A DNA stretch of 64,000 nucleotides from Bugula neritina (taxonomy: Eukaryota > Animalia > Bryozoa). The notes under the pieces are model-generated. The model did not search any database. It worked only from the letters and a program-made list of their open reading frames with translations, and had not been told where the DNA came from. Where the stretch lies: positions 5,756,722 through 5,820,721 of the forward strand of contig OZ037766.1 in assembly GCA_964035545.1 (NCBI GenBank), given 5' to 3'. Numbering within the stretch: position 1 is the first letter of the stretch; the number at the start of each line of letters is the position of its first letter. A program made the translations under genes and the position numbers. Below, in pieces: positions 1-11,700 of the stretch.

Positions 1-1081
1 CATAATGCTATATCATATTATTCCGGCAGTGCATATGAAATGCATTAAGTGCAGCAGCCTATTTTGCTTTAATTCTGAAATCAGAACATCATTTCCTGTT
101 TATGTTTTACTACGCACATAGATTTACATTTTTCACAAGTATAGAAATGTGTTGTTTTTATAATTCAGATAAGAAAATTATAACTGACAATGTTAATACT
201 GTACGCTTCAACTCACTAAAATATGTACATAGTTTTATATAAGCTGTATTAAAATATTTTTTATTGATATATATTGTAAGATTTATATGCGTGTATTTTG
301 AGGCTAATACATAATGCCTAGAACTAGAAACAACATTTTAATGATTTTATCATTTAGTTCAAGTAGCAGTTGATTGGTTTACAAACATGTCAGTTTATAC
401 TACTTAGTAGCCTAAGTTCAGGTTTTACTAACAAACAAAGGTATGGAGGGTTTATTGAACTGCCTATCTTTACTGGAGACAAGTACACTAAGGCTAAGCT
501 ATATTGCAAAAAGTAGGTAATTGTTATTTATAAAAGGCGGGCAAGGCAGCAGATTCTGCAAGTGTAAACAGATTTGCGAAATAATGCAAATTGCTGCCAG
601 CGTTATGTTAAAGCTAATGGTGTTATGAAATCAAGTACTTTGTATGCCATGTCAAGTATAGCATTAACCTGCTGTCAAGTGCCAATTACATTTATTCATG
701 CTAGATCAGTGATTGGGTGAAAATAAAGCACACCAAAGTCACAAGCCAATAATTGCATGAATTTTTATTGTGCAAAATTTATTTCATAAGCATGTAGCAC
801 AACATAAAAACATGCATATATACAAATCATTTTGCATTCCATTACTAATTAATATTTATTTATTATATTTATAAGCTACCAAACTGGCTTTGTTTATTAA
901 ACTCAGAATGCCTTGATTATAAATTTTAAAATAAAATCCCAATATTTAATTTGTAAGTGAAATGCTAATTTTTTTTCTCCAGAATGATACTTTTAGAATA
1001 GCTCATTTCCTTATGATGAATGATAATATATAAAAATAAACATATAAACAAAACGCTAGATTAGTATTTTGCAGCTATACC

Positions 1082-1110
1082 GTGAGCACTGTAGCTAATG
1101 CAGTGCTCAC
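1082..1110. other. Short stem-loop (GTGAGCACTG...CAGTGCTCAC)
   Basis: Perfect 10-bp inverted repeat with a 9-nt spacer in otherwise AT-rich non-coding DNA; function unknown. Confidence 0.5.
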
Positions 1111-2727
1111 AGCTTAATAGATGATTAATAATAATCAACTGTAGATGCAGTTTTATGCTAACCTTTTCCTTCACTACATTAAAGATTTATTTGTTAGTTT
1201 TGTTTTGTTTTAACTGCAGTCCTAATGAACAGATTAATTTTTGATGAACTGTGAAATCACAGTAAAGGTAAAATTTGAGTTAGCATATTTAGAATGCATT
1301 GAGCATAGCTTAGTAAAGACATGCATTTACTACTGTAGATATTTGTGAACTTAAATTATCATTGATTAATATCCAACCTTTTGAAAGTTTTCCTCTTAAA
1401 TTCAACCCAATGCATGCAGATTTTGTTAGAAGTTTATAGTTTGTGAAAATTAAATAGATGCATGTATATATGCATATATGTATAAGGCAAATGGGAAGAA
1501 ATGGGCGAATGTTTGGTGGTACACAGCAGAGAAAAGCAGTGCAAGACAAATGCAACAATATTTTCTAAAGTTCTGAGGAACTAATGAAGCATATTTGATA
1601 CTTTTATTTTCCTCCTTTTGTCAAGGTATTGTGTATATGTACTATTAATCTTACTCTAAACAGTCTTTACCATTGCAATGGCTGCGATGTAGTTGACTCA
1701 GAAAACAGCTGAGTGCTGTTAAAAAGTCAAAAGGTCGTGACATTTCAAATGTGATGAAAACATTTGATACCTGCTGAGCAGGAAGATGAGTTTATATACA
1801 TCATGAGATGCGCTGCCGGTGTTGAATATCAATAACTACTTCGAGGGTTGTAACATTGTTTGGCAATTTCCTTTTAAATAACCTATAAAAGTTTTACTGA
1901 TATTCCATAGAATGAGGTAGGCTGACTATTTCTCATAGGTTTAACATAAACAGAACACGCACATTTTATATTGACTTGTTTTACTATCTCAAAGATCTCT
2001 ACAAAATCTCATCAGGATTGCTTATCACCTGTACTTATTTTTGGCACTCTCTCGAAAAAAAATGTACTAGGTATTAACAATATGAGATCGTAAACAAAAG
2101 GGAAAATCACCTCTTTAAAGAAGTCAAATCCAAAATTAGCATTTTGCAAGACACAGGCTATTACCAAAATCAAACGCTCTAATCAGATAGCTGTATAATT
2201 GTACATCTTTGATTGGGCCAACATTAAACTTTTCATCCAATTAATTCAACATAATTACTCGCAGAAAATGCTTTGAATTTACCAATTAATAATCAGTTAC
2301 TGCTCAATCGGTAACTTATAAAAAATAGTGCATACAGATATCCTAATATGCATAACTATATACAGTAAGGCTCAGATTATTGCTACACATGAGTAATAAA
2401 GTTTGTAATTATATTCTATGGCTTTCCATCAACACATACAGTTTGTTATAAAAAAGATCAATATAAAAATATATTAAGCTTCAATATTACCGCTTCAACA
2501 CACAACATATGATTACCATTCTACAGTATTTCTCCTTAGTAATACCAAAAGTAAGCTGGAATAGCAGTTAAAATATAAATATGTAAGTATATAAATATCC
2601 AAAATTTGACCAGATACTGACAGGATATGTCAGCAAACCATTAATCATTTAATTAAACAAAGTTAGCAATTTTCCTTTGAGCAGTATAGCAGATACAGTT
2701 AGTGTTCATCACATTGGTATATGCATA

Positions 2728-5700
2728 TCACTCAAAGGGATTAGTATTTTCACTTTCAAAAGGATTTGAGCCCTCCTCCAAAAATGGGTTAGCTGGCGCA
2801 GAGTGACTGTCGGGCTCATCTTCAAAAGGATTGAACGATTCTTTAGCCTTGGGCTTCTCAAAAGGATTAGACGATTCTTTAGCCTTAGGCTTCTCAAAAG
2901 GATTAGACGATTCTTTAGCCTTAGGCTTCTCAAAAGTATTGGAACTCGCTTCTGCTTCAAAGGGATTAGAAGAAGTTCTACTAGATTGCTGACGACGATG
3001 GCTGGAAGATGGTGCATCTTCAAATGGGTTGAGTGGTTCTTTGGACTTACTCTTAGAGTCCTCAAAAGGCTTGGCTGCCGCTGCTAAATTCCCAGCATGC
3101 TTCCGGTTAGATTGGTCGGATGATTGTCTTTTGTGACCTTTAATAAAGGATAGCCCGGATTCTATGATTTTTCCAGCAGAAGATTGGCGGCTGTGGCCCG
3201 AGCGACCCTTCTTACCAGCAGATGTACCAAGTGACTGTGATGGTGAGGAGCTGAATTTCTGTGTAGCAGAAGCTGACTTTGTAACTTCTTCATGAGCCAC
3301 AGTTTTGGCAGGCGTGACTGATATAACCTGAAAGAGAAGCCATAACAGTCTGTATACCGAGAGATATACCAGGCACTACTATTAAAGTAGCAAACAGAAA
3401 CAACGAGAAACTCAAACAGTGTCATATAGTTGAAACATTTAAATAATTACAAAGTCAAAGAATGTTCTGGAATTTTTCCCGCCTCAATACTCACAGGAAG
3501 GGCTGTAGAACGTCCACTGCTTTTAAGAATATCTCGACTGACGACGTTTGGTCCAGAGTCTCTGCTGAGGACAAAAGAGTCAGAGTGAGGCTTGGAGATG
3601 GGAGCGGCAGCAGGTCGAGAAGAATCGGTAGGTCTCTGTTTACTACGAGTAGAAACTGAATCAGTGTCAGCCATCCCTGAGCCTCCCCGGTGAGCAGATT
3701 GTAGACTGCCTACAATGTTTATAAATGAAACCATTCTATGAAAAATAGTCATATTCTGAATTTTAATAAGGCTCTGACAAAATTATAAAGTACTGATTAG
3801 TAGCAAAGCGCTTGAAAATGTACCATACTAAAGTCTATATTTACCAAGTATTTTAAATATAAAACTATTCAAGAGCTTTACCCAAACACAAGTAAAAATA
3901 CCGGCCATCAATACACGAATAGGTATATTCGGCAGACGTACTGTGAGCAATTGTGCCGGGTTTACTAGAGCCAGTTGTAGCAGCAACTGAGTGACTGTAA
4001 CTACTCGCTCCAGTCGCTGGTCTTCCAGAAGGATTTGCCTCCTTGTGAATGGGGAATGAACTGTCAACAGTAGCAGAACCAAACCCTTCACTGCGGCCTA
4101 GGTCTCCCCCGCCACCGGAGAAAGGGTTGCGTCTGTTGCCAGCCTTAATGTTGGCAGACGAACTCTTATAGGGATAATCTATATCGGCTGCTGGTGTACT
4201 TGAGCCAGTTGAATCTGATACCAAACTCACCTGGCCAACAAACATTTCCAGAGCAGGTTAGTTGTGAAAAACAAATCTGTAGCTTCAAACTTGTAACTTT
4301 GGCATAGGCATAGTTGTAATAGTTTAGTTCTAGAAAAAGTTGAGTTGAGAGTGGAGCAGTTTAGTAAACATTATACAAACCTTAAGCGTGAGCTTTCGCA
4401 TCAGAAGTTAAGATAGATTTTTATATGCTGATTGAATACTTTACATTCTGTAGAAACCAAAACCTTAGTAAATCCACCAGCAAACCCTTACCTCATTGAA
4501 TATACCTTTACCAAAGTATTGAGCTATGACATTGAAACCATCCTTCTCCTGCTTCAAATCTTTAGCAAATGCAGCAGTCAAGTTTACATCTTTACTCCTT
4601 TCATGCTGCCTGATGACTTCCAGCATTTTCCTAAAACAACATTTTCTTTAAAACAAATATCTAACAAAAAATAAATAAATAAATCTAAAAAAATATCTGA
4701 AATAATGAATATAACAAAAAATTTATCTACCGTAAAAACCATTCCAACATTTGCATTGCCAGTATTGTTAAATGTTTGAAGGTCTACTTTTAGCTGAATG
4801 TGGACATAACTCACCTGTTATCTTCCAAACAGACTGGACATTCATTCTCATTCTCAGCATAACTATCAAAGCAACTGAAATAAGAGAAGAACTAAATAGA
4901 TGTATATAAACTTACAGTGTAATTATAATACAATACATGGAACTTACAGTTGATATGATAATATGGCATAAGCTACTTACGGCGTGTGATACGAATGCTG
5001 ACACAGGAAGTGCACGGAGGGCAACTCCAACTGATATTTACACACACAGCACTTAGATGTTTGGAAAACCTGGGGTCTATAAACAAAAGGTTGTGTAACA
5101 AAGATTCAATACTGAGGAAATATTTTGATTAACGATTGAAAAAAAATATGCTGAAAACCAGGTGATAAATAAAAATCACATGGGAGAAAAATCTCGATAC
5201 AAAGAGCACAATAATTCTAGAATTACTTGTTTTTCAGGTCGTGTATTTTCTGACGCAACTTCTGTGTTTCTTCAACATATTCTCTGATGAGTCTCTCCTC
5301 ATCCTCTATTTTCTCATTTTCCTTCAGAAGTCTGTCCATGATGAAAGACTAGAGAAAATAAATTAATGTGATGACATTAATACAAAATACAGAGTATAAT
5401 ACACACTCTGAGAATGTATAATACACACTCTGAGAAGGTATAATACACACTCTGAGAAATACTAAAATATATAAAATTATGAAATTTCACTATCATCAAT
5501 ATTGACCCGTTTCTACTGCACCTAGGGTGAAAACTCCTAGCAATGTCAACCCACCTTTACCACACCTAGGGTGCACACTTTGCTGTTAGCCAATGTCTGT
5601 ATTACAAGCAGCGGGGGAAGCAACTTCTGCTCGTCTATATTTGCCAGAACCTCTTTCATTTGTAGCTTCAAATCATCTTCTTTACCAGCGAAGTATGACA

Positions 5701-8700
5701 AGGCCATGACCCAAACATGAGGGTCATCTTGTCCCCACCGCTTACAGGAAGCTATGACCTCATCATAATCATTATGGTCCATGTGGTATCTCACCACCTG
5801 CTGATACCTGTCATAAAATCAGCTGCCTCAATACATGGGCTAATCAACTCATCATCACATCAATCAAATATACTGTACCAGTCTTTGCAACAGTCTAGTC
5901 TGAAGAGTAAAATACATTGATGTTTAAAATATTTACTACATCAATAAACAGCATTCAATTTAATGTGTTTGTTTGTTTATATAAAAATATTATAAACTAA
6001 AGTATAGCTCAAACTGGAGATACGCACAATCTGCCTTGCTCATATAGATGAAGGATTCCCTTATCAAATCTATAGAGTTGGCAGAGCACCAGAGCCTGGT
6101 CCTTGGCATACATGGTGGACTCCTTCAACAGCTTCATCACTTTCTCAGACTGTTCTACCCTTTCCTAGAAGTATTTATTATATATAATATATTCTATTAT
6201 TTAGTAGATATAATATATTCTATTATTTAGTAGATATAATATATTCTATTACTTAGTAGATATAATATATTCTATTACTTAGTAGATATAATATATTCTA
6301 TTATTTAGTAGATATAATGTATTCTATTATTTAGTAGATATAATATATTCTATTACTTACTAGATACAAGATATTATATTATTTACTAAATACAATAAAT
6401 TATATTACTTACTAGATATAATATACTTTATTATGTACTAAATATACAATAGTATACAACAATAAGAATAACCCAGCTCTGCAGTGAAATGCCACTATTA
6501 CCATCTTCTCAAAGCCTATTAAGATTTGAAAGTTACCTAAATGAGGCAGTTGAACACCTCCACTACAATTCAAAGCTTTTCAATACAAATATCTAGTACC
6601 CAGTAAATAAAGTCATGCGAGAGAATAACAAATTCATAATATTAAGTACCGTAGGCTGAGATTTAGGATCTAGCTTAGCCCAAGTCTGTAAGTAGAGTTC
6701 TAATAGTGTGTTGTATATAACAGCCGCATCAGGAGTTTGCTCTGAGGCTATCATTGCTTCGAGGAAACCAGTTAGCTGTTGTGAGTTATTAACAAATATG
6801 TGTATGAATTCATCTGGTCGAGCTCTGGCTGTTGTGCCTGTAATACACAACTTCTCATATCTGTACAAAACCCACTATACTCTACATCACACTCATATCT
6901 GTACACACTATACTCTACAATACACTCATATCTGTACACACTATACTCTACAATACACTCATATCTGTACACAACACACTATACTCTACAATATACTCAT
7001 ACCTATACACAACACACTCACTGTACTCTCCAAGACACAGTCTCTTGAGCAGTCTAGTGGTCTCCGATGGTAAAGCCTGTATCAATACTTTGCCATATTT
7101 CTTTAAACTACTCTCCGCCTAAAGATTTAAGAAAATTGAAACGTACAAAAACTCAGTTAAAAAAAATGTTATGTTTTTATCACAAACGTTGAGCTAGATG
7201 CTTCACCTAATCTTCTTCAGCTTACTGAATGCAAAATTACAAACAACTGAATTTTTAATCCAAACACAATAGTAATCTGAAGGTGTAGTTATTTTACTGC
7301 ATTTTTATTCTCTTGTTATTCAAATGAAAATCTTCTAAAACCTGATTAACTTTAATGATTGATTTGATTTTTTTTCTTGGGGATAAAAGCATGGAGTTAT
7401 AAGATTGATACGATTCAAAAGACTAAAATCATCTCATGTAACTTAGATAAAACAAAAGTCATTATATTTATAACTAATAAAATTGCACATCTTAAGCAGC
7501 TGTGTGAAATTTAATTTATAGCCACAGAGAAATATTTGTGTGCAATGACTTCATGTTAAACCAAGTTGAAATTATTTTGATTTGCAGTCACATGTATGAA
7601 GTCCTTACTAAGAAAATAATTTTCACTAAATTCAAATAGAGAATTCCAATTACATTAATCTAGTGCATTTAACATTACACAAACACTAAACACATTCACT
7701 CTCTCCGTGTGACAATTACAGTCAAGCAGTAAACTTTTAGTAAATTTAAGTCAATCAAAGATGATAGCAATAAATTTACCTCATGAAAAGGTAATTTCTG
7801 CACATATCTGAGAGCAGCTGGAAAGTCCTTGACATTTTCAAGTTGTATCTTCATGTACCACTCGTGTTGAGAGTGTCTCTCCGCCAGCTGCAGGGCGTGA
7901 CTATGATAATCAGCCTGTCTTAGAACTCTTATAGCTGTCTCCACATCAAAATACACCTCATTGTTTCGATCCTTTTTCTAGAACAGTGACATGAATCAAT
8001 ATGAAGGTAAAAAGCAAAAAACCTTAACCCTGTAATTTAACTCTAATATTATAGCTTTTGTGTGAATATAAATCCCATGACCAACACTGAATAAAGATTG
8101 CACACATTTATTGCAATTTTGCCAATCCTAACTTACATATTAGACAAAGGAGGCTAACAAATTAAAAAGACTTAGATTGTCTTCATATGGTGACTGTGTG
8201 ATGCATATTAGTAGTTGAACTGCGTACATGTATGAACTCATCTAGTTTATCTTGATCTTTCAGTTTGGTATAGCAGTTGAGTAGAAGAGTAGTGTGATCT
8301 TCCGTAGCGTGATGTTTATTGTGTAACTCTTCTAAATATGATGTGAGGTTATGGAGTCTTTGTGCATCTAAAAACTAAACACAGTACATGGGTTATATAT
8401 CTCAGCATGAATAAGTGTCAGAGAGGTGTCAGTAAACTATACACAGTACATGGGTTGTATATCTTAGCATGAATAAGTGTCAGAGAGGTGTCAGTTTGTA
8501 GAGCACATGTTTCTCAATTAAGAGGTTGTGGGTTTGAATCCCATTTCTGGTATAAAGTCTTCAGTACATTTTGCGCTCTACCTTACAGGGTCTGTTTAGA
8601 GTAGGAGAAGCAATACATAAAAACCATAATTAGTTAATTTCATCAGTATGCATGTAAAGGATTCATTTCTGTTTCTTTCATAAAAAGTAGACACATATCA

Positions 8701-11700
8701 GTGAGGTGCATGTAAAATATCACCATGATGACCTTTGGGTAAGGAAGAACATTCAGTTTAGAGACAACAGACCTTACATAACTTGGCTTAGTTAAGACAT
8801 CACTACTCCTCCGTGAGACAAAGTGATTAAATGTGTTTATATTTATATACTTCAAACAATTAAGCTTTCCATATGAAATATAAGCCTTGGTCGATGTTGG
8901 AAAATAACAAAGTCAGTGAATTTGATGTTGTACTCAGTGAACACAACTTCACTTATAGCAATAACTTATAAATACTAAGAGTTATCTACCACCAACATTG
9001 ACAACGTATACTCTTCCACCCGCAATTGTAGTTGAAAGAACTAAAGCAATTTTACCTTTCGAATTACATAAGAAGGCTCCAGTTTGCCGATAGTCATTTT
9101 GTACTGCTCAATTGCCTGGTCATGATCACCACGTCTAAAAACAACGGTAGTTGTAGAGGTTTAACGCAACACGTATAATATGCTGTGTATCATCACCATC
9201 ATTCCAAATTAACATGTGATATAATTAATGTATAATTATGTTTCAATCATACGAAAACATCAAAGTATTTGGGTTTAATCAGTTTTTTAAACTGCAACAA
9301 TAATCTAAATAAGGTTGAGCTGTTCATTTTTTGTTTTAAATTTTTTTGCCTTAACTTTATATTTCAGCTGTTATGAGAAGATATTATTTAAATTCGTTGT
9401 ATTGCAATTTAAAAAAAAGCAGGTTTTGAATGGTTGAAAGAGGCAAATAAATTTAAAAAATAAACATAGATGTGCCAGTATTAACAACTGCTATACATTA
9501 AGATCATCTATATGTATTAGTTGAGCAGTAACATAACAACCACTTACTCTGTGTATAGGTAGTCACCATATAGTCTGAAGATGTCCACTAGGCCATGTGT
9601 ATCATACTTCTGACTCTTAGCTATGCTATAAGCACATAACAGATCTAATATTGCTTACTATACAGTAGCTTTATTAAATAACTTCAACTCTGTCTATAAA
9701 CTCTACCATCTTGCTCGGAGTAACAGGTGAATTGAGCTACCTTCTAATCTCCAGGTCTCAAAAGTTAAAATTTCAATACTTAACAAAAGCAGATATAGAA
9801 AACTTAAAAAATTAATAAAGCTATTTACTATGTAATAGAGTGAGGATTGAAGAAAAATTACGCATAATTGTTATTGATGAACTGACAACACACTAACTTG
9901 ATAGCGGTGATGTACTGATTCTTTTTGAAGAGTATTTCGAGCTTTGTCTTAGTATCTTTCTCTAGAAGTATATACATTTTATTTTCCCCTCCAAGTATGT
10001 AGATGGCGTTCCATTCAAACAAGACATTGGACACTTTGGGAATAGCACCGGAATAAGCAATAAACTTGTTGCGTGAGTCATATATAGTCACTATGTCCAT
10101 ATCTCGATTTCTACAGACATATCAGTGATGTATTTACTAAAATTAAAGCAATATTTTTCAAAATAAAAAAATATTATGTTTTAGTGCTGCAACCAGTAGC
10201 AATACTAGAAGTGAACATTGAAGACCAATAGCTGAAAGGTCCAAAGCAAATCAATTAAAGGCAAACATTCATAAAATTTTGTTTCACGAAATTATTAAAA
10301 GAAGAAATAATCTTCTGCCCTTTTGCAACTCAGTAACAGATATCTTTATTCAATTCCACTGTATTTAAATTAATAAAAAATATAAGATTTAATACTTGAT
10401 ATTATGTCAGGAAATACAGGTGTAACACAATACATACATGCTACTTCTGCCAACAGTAACAATATAGCCTCTGTACCAATGAACTTGATACTTTTCTCCC
10501 TCGAGGGGTGCAGTACCGCCCCTGCCTTCAGGCTGCATATAGTAGACTCCCTGATAAGCAAGTATTAATATACAATAACGAGTGTATAGCAAGTTGACCT
10601 CTCAATTGAAGTGTCATTTAATTTATAAAAAGTGACCAGAAACAAGTAAAATAATAAAATTCAATTTCGAGGTAATATAAAATGTGAATTATAATTACAT
10701 GGGAATAAGATTGCAGAGTTACAACTGAAAAACTTACATCATTCCGTCCAATCAGAAACTGATTGGATAAAAGATCATCAGCTAGTGCAGAGCACTTTAG
10801 TGTACAGCCATAGTTTTCTTTTAGCACCTAAAATTACATGTAAACACAACACTAGAGCCAAGTATAAAGTATATATTTATACAACGTTATAGTGAAGCGT
10901 AGTACACAAAAAATAATTTTTAAATATTATTATAATTGTTGATACAAAGTTACCCTAATTGATAAATAATGTCCAATATTGTTGAAACTAACCATGTTTT
11001 AAAGAAATATAGACATAAAGATTTAAACAAACTATTCAGTCAACAGTTGATGTGTCTAGGAGAGACTTACAGTGTATGTATATGAAAAGCACTTACTTGT
11101 GGAAACTTATCCTTTACAGCAATTTCATAGGCAAACAGTGCGTTTCTAGTAGTGACAAAGAGAAGTTGTGACTTCAGCACTATTCTTATAGCTAGTCCAG
11201 TAATTTCACCACCTCTGTCATCTTCACTGTCTCTTACCACAAACAGTTTAGACTGCCTGCGAACAAACACTTGAATTAATACCAATATATCAAATAAATG
11301 AGCTTAAAATAATTTCTAATTTTCATTTATAAATCAACTTATACACAGTAACTTACAACTAAACACAATTATTTATTATTATCAACTTATTGAACACTTG
11401 AAAAAAAACTTTGAATTCAATTTACTTCCTCAACAGTACAACTTTCAAGCCCACATGACTAATTAATCAAAAATTATTATAAATTAGTGCGACCAGAATT
11501 ATGATTATAGAAGGTTAAAGTCCATGTAAAGGAAACATGTACTAATAATACTTAGACACGTGATAGTGCTATAAAATAAATGGAGAAAACATAGTCTAAT
11601 CACAAACCTTTCTTTGCTCACATCTCCCTTATAAAGTGTGACAACTCCTGACTTATATCCTACAGCCAACAGCTGCATATTTTCATGAACTGCAATACAG

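Noticed and set aside
1-2700. Possible gene in the first 2.7 kb (ORF 1310..1558)
   Set aside because: AT-rich with no recognisable motif or coherent exon chain. Treated as VPS11 3'UTR or intergenic DNA.
2709-3087. ORFs 2709..3065 (-) and 2803..3087 (+) with repeated basic peptides
   Set aside because: They are alternative-frame and antisense shadows of the VPS11 last exon, kept open by the 36-bp repeat.
6708-7073. Three overlapping ORFs with HYTLQYTHIC / YRYECIVEYS repeats
   Set aside because: They are translations of the intronic 33-bp minisatellite, with no independent coding evidence.
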